DNA from: Candidatus Omnitrophota bacterium
GTDB lineage: Bacteria; Omnitrophota; Gorgyraeia; JAHIPI01
Direction: 5' to 3'
Assembly: GCA_016931215.1 (NCBI GenBank)
Contig: JAFGFD010000051.1
Location: 1-45,370 of the forward strand
Length of the DNA: 45,370 bases
Shown here: piece after piece, positions 28,827 through 36,825 of the stretch
Position numbering within the stretch: position 1 is the first letter of the stretch
How the letters are laid out: every line of letters begins with the position of its first letter
Position numbers and translations under genes: made by a program
Notes under the pieces: generated by a model
The model's input: only the letters and a program-made list of their open reading frames with translations
The model's database searches: none
What the model was told of the DNA's origin: nothing

Positions 28827-30131
28827 TCAGTTTCCCTCGCTCAACAATCTATCGGCCTCGGGCGCAATCTTCGCCATGGCATCCTCCACTGACTCCGACC
28901 CGTTAAAGACTAAATCGAGTTGGGGGCTCAGATGGAGATCGTTGATCTCCCTCCATTTGATATGAAAAGGCTCAAAGATCACATATTTTACGGCTTCGTT
29001 AAGCATGCCTTTATTGAGCGGCGGCTTGGAATTTCCGGCAAAATGCTCTCCCATCGCAATGGATCTCCTGGAAGGCTGCGTCAATCCCATTTCCGAAAGT
29101 GCTATCTGCGCCTTTTCGCCCGTCAGGGTCTTGACTATATCCCACGCCAATTCCGGGTATCTTGTCGTCCTTAAAACGCAGTATCCGGAACCTCCTGTCC
29201 CGAAACGTCTGATACCCGTGGGCCCTTTGGGAAACATGGCAACGTCCCAGTCAAAATCCTTGATATTCTTAAAAAGAGTGCTCTCCCAGAAACCCGACTG
29301 GTACATAGCGAGCTTGCTCGACATAAAGAGCTGCTGTGCCCCCATTCCCAGGTTTCCGAATTCAACGGGGCTGGGGCAGACCTTGTGCACATTTATTAAA
29401 TCCGCATAAAACTTCAGCCCGTCTACGCCTTCTTTCTCATTCATGACAAATCTTTTAGGGTCTTGGACGTCGTCAACAATACCGCCGCCGTTGGAATAGA
29501 CAAAGTTCTGCCACGTCCATCCGTAATATCCATACTGAGAAATCGTTCCGTCGGCGGACCTCTTCGTCAACTTCAACGCCTTGTCCAATAGGTCGGACCA
29601 ATCCCAGTCGTCGGACGGATAAGCGATGCCCGCTTCGTCAAAAAGCTTTTTATTAAAATAGACGCAGGCGAAAGGCGCGTTATCCCGCGGAATGCAATAG
29701 ACCTTGCCATCTATCGTAAATCTGTCAACTATCTCCGGGAAAAAGTCGTCTATGCTAAAATCTGGGTCTTTATCGATAAAAGGTTTCAGATCCAGAAATG
29801 CGTCCATAGCCCAAAAGTTTACAAAGATATTCGCCTCTACAAACATCACGTCTGGAGCTGTGCCGCCAGCTATCCTGATGAGAAGTTTGTTGGTGTAAGA
29901 GCCTGCCGGCGTATGCTCCAGTTTGGCGATAACCTCAGGATGCTTCTCCTGCCATTCCTCTACCAGCGAATTCAACATCTCGATCTCATCCGTACCTCCC
30001 CATATGGCAATTTTTATCACAGGTTTTTCTTCCCTGACCTGGCCGCATCCGAGGGTACAAACTAATAAAAATACCATAAACATCGCGCCAATAAAAAAAG
30101 TTACCGAATATTTCTCAAAATTTTTCATCAT
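28827..30131 (-). CDS. ABC-type extracellular sugar-binding lipoprotein (family 1 SBP), with no cognate permease in the window
   Basis: 434 aa with a signal/lipobox-like CTLGC. It has a typical carbohydrate-SBP layout (IKIAIWGG...WQEKHPEV...APDVMFV...). Confidence 0.78.
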   Translation of the reverse strand: MMKNFEKYSVTFFIGAMFMVFLLVCTLGCGQVREEKPVIKIAIWGGTDEIEMLNSLVEEWQEKHPEVIAKLEHTPAGSYTNKLLIRIAGGTAPDVMFVEANIFVNFWAMDAFLDLKPFIDKDPDFSIDDFFPEIVDRFTIDGKVYCIPRDNAPFACVYFNKKLFDEAGIAYPSDDWDWSDLLDKALKLTKRSADGTISQYGYYGWTWQNFVYSNGGGIVDDVQDPKRFVMNEKEGVDGLKFYADLINVHKVCPSPVEFGNLGMGAQQLFMSSKLAMYQSGFWESTLFKNIKDFDWDVAMFPKGPTGIRRFGTGGSGYCVLRTTRYPELAWDIVKTLTGEKAQIALSEMGLTQPSRRSIAMGEHFAGNSKPPLNKGMLNEAVKYVIFEPFHIKWREINDLHLSPQLDLVFNGSESVEDAMAKIAPEADRLLSEGN

Positions 30132-30205
30132 GGGATATCTCCGTACTTTAGTATTATGATATAATTTATGTATAATTAAAATTTGCGGGGATTACTATAA
30201 CATAC

Positions 30206-30838
30206 TCATTCTTTGGAGTCAAGGCTTTTTATGTAGCCTATAAGTTCTTTCATCTTATTTTTATCTTTTATGCCCGGAGACCGTTCTATAGAGCTGGATA
30301 TATCTATACCATAAGGCCTTACGGTCTTAACCGCCTCCTCGACGTTATGCAAACCGATTCCGCCCGATAGTATAATCGGCATACCATAAGATTTGGCCTT
30401 AACGGCCAGGCCCCAGTCAAAACTCTTGCCGGTTCCGCCGTACTCATTGGCTGAATATGTATCGAGCAGATATGCAAATACCCTCTTATAGGCAGTGATG
30501 GTCTCGAGCACTGTTTGGTCTTTCATCCTGAATGACTTGATAATTCCGTAGTCGCCTATATCATTGCAGTAGTCCGGCGATTCTTCACCGTGTAGTTGTA
30601 GTGTATTCAAACCGCAATAATCGGCAATCTCCTTTACTTTTTTGGAATCCTCGTTTACAAACACCCCCACGGTCAAAATATAATCATTTTTAATATAATC
30701 GATTATTTCTTTGGCCCTGGAGGGTTCTATGCACCTGGGACTTTTGGCAAAGATAAATCCCAATGCATCGGCGCCGTACCGGACGGCTGACTTTGCGTCA
30801 TCTAAATTGGTAAGACCGCAGATCTTGACTAATTTCAT
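30206..30838 (-). CDS. trpF: phosphoribosylanthranilate isomerase
   Basis: 210 aa with MKLVKICGLT, ADALGFIF, LQLHG and GGTG motifs. Confidence 0.93.
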   Translation of the reverse strand: MKLVKICGLTNLDDAKSAVRYGADALGFIFAKSPRCIEPSRAKEIIDYIKNDYILTVGVFVNEDSKKVKEIADYCGLNTLQLHGEESPDYCNDIGDYGIIKSFRMKDQTVLETITAYKRVFAYLLDTYSANEYGGTGKSFDWGLAVKAKSYGMPIILSGGIGLHNVEEAVKTVRPYGIDISSSIERSPGIKDKNKMKELIGYIKSLDSKE

Positions 30839-30898
30839 ATATATAAGACGTGCTGAAGTCTCGAATCTAACATTTATTAGGATGATTTAGCTATTATT

Positions 30899-31681
30899 TT
30901 AAGAGAGCAAATCCCTGATTTTGCTCCCTATATCATCACTCGCCATCAACGCTTCCCCTATTAGTACGGCATTGATGCCCAACGAAAGCAGATATTGTAT
31001 GTCCTTCCTGTCATGTATCCCGCTTTCCGAGACTATAATCTTGTCCTCCGAAATCATCTTAAGTAATCTCGGGGTCGTCTTGACGTCGACTTTAAGACTG
31101 TGCAGATTCCTGTTATTTATCCCTATTATGGCGCAGCCTGTATTCATGGCCTTTTCCGCGTCCTCTTCGGAATGGATTTCAACCAGGGCATCCATGGAAT
31201 AGCTCTCGCATATAGCCAGAAATCTCTTCAATTCTTCGGGAGAAAGCAGGTCGGCAATCAAAAGGAGAGCATCCGCCCCGGCGCAAACGGACTCATATAT
31301 CTGATATTCGTCTATTACGAATTCTTTTCTGAGGACCGGGACGCTTACATTTTTCTTTATAGCCTCCAGATGCGATAAGCTTCCTTTAAAAAACTTTTCA
31401 TCGGTCAAAACAGAAATGGCAGAGGCACCGTTTGCCTCATAGATAGAAGCTATCTTCAAAGGATCGAAATCTCTTCTGATAACGCCGGCGCTCGGAGAGG
31501 CCTTCTTCACTTCGGCAATGAGGTGTATCTTATGCGGCTTGCTTATGGAATGTTTAAAAAAATTATGTTTTCGCTCGGATTTAAGCCGGTCTGCCTCGTC
31601 TATGACCGCAGCTATAGGGGTCTGGGCCTTTTTGCCGTCTATCTCCTTCTTCTTTTCTTCGATAATCTTATTTAAAATCAT
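30899..31681 (-). CDS. trpC: indole-3-glycerol phosphate synthase
   Basis: 260 aa with IAEVKKASPS, ISVLTD..FF.GS and IGINNRNL motifs. Its start has a 4-nt overlap with the trpD stop. Confidence 0.95.
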   Translation of the reverse strand: MILNKIIEEKKKEIDGKKAQTPIAAVIDEADRLKSERKHNFFKHSISKPHKIHLIAEVKKASPSAGVIRRDFDPLKIASIYEANGASAISVLTDEKFFKGSLSHLEAIKKNVSVPVLRKEFVIDEYQIYESVCAGADALLLIADLLSPEELKRFLAICESYSMDALVEIHSEEDAEKAMNTGCAIIGINNRNLHSLKVDVKTTPRLLKMISEDKIIVSESGIHDRKDIQYLLSLGINAVLIGEALMASDDIGSKIRDLLS

Positions 31682-32691
31682 CCGTTGCTCTCTTCGCGAA
31701 GTTGATTCAATTTCTCCATTACCTTTCCCGAGTCAATACAATCTGCCGCCATTCGAACACCATCTTCGAACCCGCTACATTTTCCCGTCATCTTAAGGGC
31801 CGCCGCTGAATTCATCAAGACCATATCTCTGCGCGGACTCTTGTCCTTGCCGCGCAAAATGTCAAGGACCACTTTTTTATTGTATTCGACGTCTCCTCCC
31901 CTGATCTGGTCGATGGAACCCTCATTCAACCCAAAATCAGCAGGCTTGACAAAATAAGTCCTGACCTTGCCGTCTTTAAGTTCGGATACCTTTGTCTCGC
32001 CGCTTATTGATATTTCGTCAAGCCCGGCCATCCCGTGCGCCACTATGGCCTTGGCCGTACCCAATCTATTCAAGGCCCCGGCCATGACCTCCGTCAATTC
32101 GGGTTTATATACCCCCAGAATCTGCTGGTTGGCACCGGCCGGGTTTGACAATGGGCCCAAAATATTGAAGATGGTCCTCGTCTTCAATTCTCTTCTGACG
32201 CCCATTACATTCCTCATGGCCGGATGAAAGTTTTTCGCGAATATAAATCCGATGCCCACACCATCAATCAGACCGGCGACTTTTTCGGGTGTAGTCTCTA
32301 TATTTACGCCGAGGGCCTCCAGGATGTCTGCACTTCCGCATTTCCCCGTAAAAGAACGGTTTCCGTGCTTAGCGACTCTCAATCCGCAAGCCGCCAGAAC
32401 GAGAGCGGCCATAGTAGAGATATTTACGTCGTTGACGGAAGCCCCTCCCGTACCGCAGGTATCTATGAGGCCATCGCCCTTGACTCTTACTTTGGTAGAT
32501 TTTCTTCTCATAATCGTTGCGGCAGCGGCTATTTCTTCCGAGCTTTCGCCTTTCTCCTTCAAGGAAATGAGAAACTTCTTCATCTCCTCTTGCGTTGCCT
32601 TCCCGCTCATGATTTCATCGAAGACTTGAATCATCTCTTCTGTGGTGAGATTTTCTCTTTTTATTAGTTTTTCTATGGCGTCTTGAATCAT
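31678..32691 (-). CDS. trpD: anthranilate phosphoribosyltransferase
   Basis: 337 aa with DTCGTGG, KHGNRS and FNILGPLSNPA motifs. Confidence 0.95.
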   Translation of the reverse strand: MIQDAIEKLIKRENLTTEEMIQVFDEIMSGKATQEEMKKFLISLKEKGESSEEIAAAATIMRRKSTKVRVKGDGLIDTCGTGGASVNDVNISTMAALVLAACGLRVAKHGNRSFTGKCGSADILEALGVNIETTPEKVAGLIDGVGIGFIFAKNFHPAMRNVMGVRRELKTRTIFNILGPLSNPAGANQQILGVYKPELTEVMAGALNRLGTAKAIVAHGMAGLDEISISGETKVSELKDGKVRTYFVKPADFGLNEGSIDQIRGGDVEYNKKVVLDILRGKDKSPRRDMVLMNSAAALKMTGKCSGFEDGVRMAADCIDSGKVMEKLNQLREESNG

Positions 32692-32694
32692 CTC

Positions 32695-32743
32695 TGTGTC
32701 TCCTGTCTATAGTCTATTGTCTATAGTCTATAGTCTATAGACC
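32695..32743 (-). repeat. seven-unit heptanucleotide array (GTCTATA / mRNA AGACUAU) filling the trpG-trpD spacer
   Basis: mRNA sense reads GGUCUAU AGACUAU AGACUAU AGACAAU AGACUAU AGACAGG AGACACA, then GAG-AUG(trpD). The last two units contain the SD AGGAG. Confidence 0.9.
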
Positions 32744-32748
32744 ATTAC

Positions 32749-33321
32749 CTAAATCGACAAAAAGTTCTTAAGTATTTTTTTCCCCTCTCCCGTAAGTATG
32801 GATTCGGGATGAAATTGCACTCCATAGACGTCGGATTCTTTATGCCGTACCGCCATTATCTCCTCTGCCTCCGTCCATGCAGTCACCTCCAGGCAATCAG
32901 GCAGCGTCTCCCGCTCAACAACGAGAGAGTGATAACGGGTTGCCTCAAAAGGACTCTTTATCTCTTTGAATATATCCTTTCCGTCGTGAAAGATCATGGA
33001 TGTCTTACCGTGCATGAGACGCTCGGCCCTGACAATTCTGCCGCCGAACACCTCGGCAATCGCCTGATGGCCAAGGCATACCCCCAGAATTGGGACCGTC
33101 GAGGAAAACGCCTTTATAACCGACTCCGATATTCCGGCATTCGAAGGATAGCCAGGCCCCGGAGAGATGATGATTTTGGCGGGCCGCAGCTTCGCTATAT
33201 CTTCAAGGCTTATCTTATCGTTTCTGTACGTAGTCAAATCAGCCCCTAGCTCACCAAGATATTGCACCAGATTATAGGTAAAAGAATCGTAATTATCGAT
33301 AACGAGTATCATCGTTATCAC
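32749..33321 (-). CDS. trpG: anthranilate synthase component II (glutamine amidotransferase)
   Basis: 190 aa class-I GATase with the GVCLGHQ catalytic Cys box and FHPES. Confidence 0.93.
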   Translation of the reverse strand: MITMILVIDNYDSFTYNLVQYLGELGADLTTYRNDKISLEDIAKLRPAKIIISPGPGYPSNAGISESVIKAFSSTVPILGVCLGHQAIAEVFGGRIVRAERLMHGKTSMIFHDGKDIFKEIKSPFEATRYHSLVVERETLPDCLEVTAWTEAEEIMAVRHKESDVYGVQFHPESILTGEGKKILKNFLSI

Positions 33322-33339
33322 TCTCGTCTTTCTTATTGG

Positions 33340-34803
33340 CTATACCGTCTCCTCAATGGCCTTTATCAAGGCCATAGCCTTGTTCAACGTCTCCTTATAC
33401 TCTTTTTTAGGCTCGGAGTCTGCGACGATTCCGGCGCCCGCCTGAATGTACGCCTTCTTCTTCTTGACCAAAATAGTCCTGATTGTAATACAGGTGTCGA
33501 CGTTCCTTGAAAAACTGAAATAACCTACGCAACCGGCGTACGGCCCCCTCTTGACGTTCTCAAGCTCGTCTATAATCTCCATGGCGCGAATCTTGGGCGC
33601 GCCCGTGACCGTCCCGGCAGGAAACGACGCCCTCACGACATCATACTCATTGCAGGTCTTAGACAATGTACCTACTATATCGCTAACGATATGCATCACA
33701 TGCGAATACTTCTCGATCCTCATCAATTCCTGCACTTTGACGGTATCGAACTGCGAAACCCTGCCCACGTCGTTACGCCCGAGATCTACGAGCATTATAT
33801 GCTCAGCCCTCTCCTTAGGATCGGCGAGAAGTTCTCTCTGGAGTTCCTCGTCCTCCTTAGCATCCTTCCCTCTGGGCCTGGTACCGGCTATAGGCCTTAA
33901 TTCTATCTTCCTGTCTTCGCAACGTACCATAATCTCCGGCGAAGAACCTATGAGTTTCATATCCTTGAACTTCAAATAATACATGTAAGGAGACGGGTTT
34001 ATGGACCTAAGATTTCTGTAAATTCCGAAGGGGTCTTTTTTGCCCAACTCCGCCTCTATGCGCTGCGATAAGACAACCTGTATTATGTCTCCGTTCTTTA
34101 TGTATTCCTTTGCCTTGTCTACGATATCCGAAAATTTCTTCTCCGTAAAGTTCGAGCTTATCTTCAAATGTCCCTTCGAGCCTTTCGCCTTCTTACTCTT
34201 TATGTTTGCGGATAGTTGTTTTTCTATGCTCTTTATCTTTTTTACGGCGCTATCGTATGCCTTGACCGGATCTCCTTGAATGAGTATATTTGAGACTATC
34301 TTTATCTTATGAAGCATATGATCGAATATAAGAATGGTGTCCGTCAGCATAAATACAGAATCCGGGATGCCGAGATCATCTGTGTTGTTGTCGGGTATGT
34401 CTTCGAAAAAGCGGACCATGTCATATCCTATATATCCCACGAGTCCGCCGCAAAAACGCGGAAGTCCTTTTATCTTTACAAATTCGTATCTCTCCATGAA
34501 CCGCTTCATCTCGTCCAATGGGTCCGTCTTTGTCTTGTAGCGGCTCACTTTACTGTTTTCTATGACTTCGATATTCTTACCTTTTGTCTTGAATATTATG
34601 GAAGGGTCTGAGCCCAGAAATGAGTAACGGGCAATCTTTTCTTCCCCCTCAACTGACTCCAGCAGGTATGAATAATCGCCCTTGTCGATCTTAATAAAAC
34701 TCGAGACGGGCGTCTCCAGGTCTGCGGCTATCTCTTTGTAAACGGGTATAAGATTGCCCTTCTTCGATAATCTGATAAATTCATTTTTACTCGGATAAAT
34801 CAT
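33340..34803 (-). CDS. trpE: anthranilate synthase component I
   Basis: 487 aa with the LLESVEG motif and the chorismate-binding C-terminal region (GTRPRG, FPAGTVTGAPK.RAMEII, GPYAG.VGY). Confidence 0.95.
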   Translation of the reverse strand: MIYPSKNEFIRLSKKGNLIPVYKEIAADLETPVSSFIKIDKGDYSYLLESVEGEEKIARYSFLGSDPSIIFKTKGKNIEVIENSKVSRYKTKTDPLDEMKRFMERYEFVKIKGLPRFCGGLVGYIGYDMVRFFEDIPDNNTDDLGIPDSVFMLTDTILIFDHMLHKIKIVSNILIQGDPVKAYDSAVKKIKSIEKQLSANIKSKKAKGSKGHLKISSNFTEKKFSDIVDKAKEYIKNGDIIQVVLSQRIEAELGKKDPFGIYRNLRSINPSPYMYYLKFKDMKLIGSSPEIMVRCEDRKIELRPIAGTRPRGKDAKEDEELQRELLADPKERAEHIMLVDLGRNDVGRVSQFDTVKVQELMRIEKYSHVMHIVSDIVGTLSKTCNEYDVVRASFPAGTVTGAPKIRAMEIIDELENVKRGPYAGCVGYFSFSRNVDTCITIRTILVKKKKAYIQAGAGIVADSEPKKEYKETLNKAMALIKAIEETV

Positions 34804-34854
34804 ACGCTCTTTTTCTATTATTCTGATTTAATCGATGGTCGATAGTTTTATTTC

Positions 34855-34913
34855 GGTTTATGGTTCACGGTGTAAGGTTAAAGGGGATTTGTCTTTTCCA
34901 TAAACCGTAAATC
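34855..34913. repeat. heptad-built hairpin element, copy A (GGTTnAC family)
   Basis: The plus strand reads GGTTTAT GGTTCAC GGTGTAA GGTTAAA GGGG-ATTTGTCTTTTC-CATAAACC GTAAATC. GGTTTATGG pairs with CCATAAACC as a perfect 9-bp inverted repeat. Confidence 0.75.
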
Positions 34914-34921
34914 AAACTTTT

Positions 34922-34949
34922 ATACTATTCCCTATACGCTATGCGCTAA
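34922..34949 (-). repeat. four-unit AUAG-N3 heptad array immediately after the hisI stop
   Basis: mRNA sense reads UUAGCGC AUAGCGU AUAGGGA AUAGUAU, starting at the first base after the hisI UGA. Confidence 0.8.
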
Positions 34950-35330
34950 TCAATACACCTTCTCCGGATCGAATATCCTCTCTTCGACAATACGCGAGGA
35001 GCCATCCTTGTCAAGCCGTCTAAAATAACAACTGAAATAACCTTTATGGCAGGCGGCAACCTTCTGTTCCACCTTTATAAGCAGGGACTTGCCTTCGCAG
35101 TCCATAAATACCTCTTTTAAAAGTTGTATATGGCCGGATGTCTCTCCTTTCAACATAAGACGCCCCTTGGACCTGCGGTAAAGGTATATCTTTCCGGATT
35201 CCAGCGTCTTCTCAAGGGCAACTCTGTTCAGATAACAGAGGGTAAGGACCTTTCCCGTCTTTTGGCACTGAATGACGGCCGGTACAAGGCCTTTTTCGTC
35301 AAACTTAATCTGCGCTATAAAATCTTCCAT
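34950..35330 (-). CDS. hisI: phosphoribosyl-AMP cyclohydrolase
   Basis: 126 aa with GLVPAVIQ, the SGH region and the DCEG...C...C zinc-site pattern. There is no fused HisE domain. Confidence 0.92.
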   Translation of the reverse strand: MEDFIAQIKFDEKGLVPAVIQCQKTGKVLTLCYLNRVALEKTLESGKIYLYRRSKGRLMLKGETSGHIQLLKEVFMDCEGKSLLIKVEQKVAACHKGYFSCYFRRLDKDGSSRIVEERIFDPEKVY

Positions 35331-35340
35331 CGGTTACACC

Positions 35341-36105
35341 TCATAATCTTACGTTAACACCTCGGCCATGTAGATACTCTTTGGTCTCTCGTATTGTAAA
35401 TTCCTTGAAATGGAATATGGAGGCCGCCAGAGCAGCCTCCGCCTTGCCCTCTGTGAGGACTTCGTAAATATGTTCCAGATTGCCGCAACCGCCGCTTGCA
35501 ATCACAGGGACGCTTACGGCCTCGCTGACTCGGCGGGTAAGTTCTATATCATAGCCCGACTTTGTTCCGTCAAAATCCATACTCGTCAGCAGGATCTCGC
35601 CTGCGCCGAGGGAGACCGCGGTCTTGGCCCATTCAACGGCGTCTATTTTAGTGTTGTCCCTTCCTCCGTGTATGTAAACTTCCCATCCGGAAAAACCCGA
35701 GGTCTTTTTCTTTGCGTCTATAGCCACCACTATGCACTGACTGCCGAATTTTTCCGAAGCTTCCTTTACGAACTTTGAATCTTTGACGGCGCTGGTATTG
35801 ATCGAGACCTTGTCGCAACCTGCATTCAATAACTCCCTGATGTCGTTTATGTCCCTGATGCCTCCTCCCACCGTAAACGGCATAAAGACCGTTTCGGCGA
35901 CACGCCTGACTACATCTATCATAATCTTTCTCTTCTCGTGGGAAGCCGTTATATCAAGAAATACCAGCTCATCGGCAAATTCGTTATCGTAAATCTTAGC
36001 CTGCTCAACGGGATCACCGGCATCACGCAGTTTTACGAAATTGACGCCTTTTACAACCCTTCCCTCTTTCACGTCAAGGCATGGTATTATTCTCTTCGCA
36101 AGCAT
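35341..36105 (-). CDS. hisF: imidazole glycerol phosphate synthase, cyclase subunit
   Basis: 254 aa with [23 protein letters not shown] and the SGG..G motif. Confidence 0.96.
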   Translation of the reverse strand: MLAKRIIPCLDVKEGRVVKGVNFVKLRDAGDPVEQAKIYDNEFADELVFLDITASHEKRKIMIDVVRRVAETVFMPFTVGGGIRDINDIRELLNAGCDKVSINTSAVKDSKFVKEASEKFGSQCIVVAIDAKKKTSGFSGWEVYIHGGRDNTKIDAVEWAKTAVSLGAGEILLTSMDFDGTKSGYDIELTRRVSEAVSVPVIASGGCGNLEHIYEVLTEGKAEAALAASIFHFKEFTIRETKEYLHGRGVNVRL

Positions 36106-36818
36106 ATGCTAATGGCCTCTCTTAAATCTATGGCGCCTTCATAAAGCGCCTTGCCGATTATTACCCCGATCAGATTCTTCCTGTCCAGCTCGCTGAGTCT
36201 CTTTATGTCATCTACTGACGATATTCCGCCGGCCACGATAACGGGCAGATCGATATCGTCCAAGAGCCCTTCCAATGTCTCAAGATTCGGACCTCTCAAT
36301 GTCCCGTCAACGCTTACGTCGGTATATATCATGGACTTGACGCCCATGCCCTTTATCTTTTGAGCAAGTTCAAGGGCATCCAAGCCCGAAGATGCAGTCC
36401 ACCCCTGGATCATAACGATCCCTCTGTTGGCGTCTACGGAGACTATCACCTTCTCCTTATACTTCTCTACCACAGCTACGATGAAATCCAGGTCTTCGAC
36501 CACCTTAGACCCCAAGATAACCTTGGAAACGCCTATATCGAAAGCCTTGTCAATGACATCCATATCCCGTAAACCGCCGCCGAACTGAATCGGAATATCT
36601 ACGCTCCTAATGATAGCGGCAACGGAGTCCATGTTCTTAGGGACTCCTTCAAGGGCGCCGTCTAGATCGACCACGTGAAGCATCTCGGCGCCTTGACTAT
36701 ACCATAGCTTAGCTATCTCGGACGCATTAGAGGAATAGACCTTGAGATCATCATATCTGCCCCTTGTGAGCCGGACGACATTGCCGTCTTTCAAATCTAT
36801 TGCAGGTATTATCTTCAT
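36087..36818 (-). CDS. hisA: 1-(5-phosphoribosyl)-5-[(5-phosphoribosylamino)methylideneamino]imidazole-4-carboxamide isomerase
   Basis: 243 aa with [25 protein letters not shown] and VIVAGGISS motifs. Confidence 0.95.
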   Translation of the reverse strand: MKIIPAIDLKDGNVVRLTRGRYDDLKVYSSNASEIAKLWYSQGAEMLHVVDLDGALEGVPKNMDSVAAIIRSVDIPIQFGGGLRDMDVIDKAFDIGVSKVILGSKVVEDLDFIVAVVEKYKEKVIVSVDANRGIVMIQGWTASSGLDALELAQKIKGMGVKSMIYTDVSVDGTLRGPNLETLEGLLDDIDLPVIVAGGISSVDDIKRLSELDRKNLIGVIIGKALYEGAIDLREAISICLRRE

Positions 36819-36825
36819 ATGAGTC

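Noticed and set aside
17854-30205. Mobile-element origin of the glycan island (integrase, transposase, IS ends, tRNA target, flanking direct repeats)
   Set aside because: None of these is visible at either boundary. By eye, composition and codon style do not differ obviously from the flanks, though I could not compute this. The region is treated as an old fixed insertion rather than an active mobile element.
30132-30205. Possible internal promoter for the island in the AT-rich trpF-SBP spacer (for example TTTTAA-17-CATAAT on the minus strand)
   Set aside because: The -35 match is poor, and the region is so AT-rich that -10-like hexamers are expected by chance. It cannot be supported from sequence alone.
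32705-32739. Tandem GTCTATA repeats considered as a CRISPR array or minisatellite
   Set aside because: The units are 7 nt with no spacers, which is far below CRISPR repeat size. There are no cas genes. They are kept as a heptad repeat finding instead.
34804-34949. Classical trp attenuator (leader peptide with tandem Trp codons) or T-box upstream of trpE
   Set aside because: The only mini-ORF in the spacer is AUGGAAAAGACAAAUCCCCUUUAA (MEKTNPL), with no Trp codons. There is no terminator U-tract, and no T-box-like AGAGA or GGUGG..ACC conserved core was seen. The region is explained better by the repeat elements.
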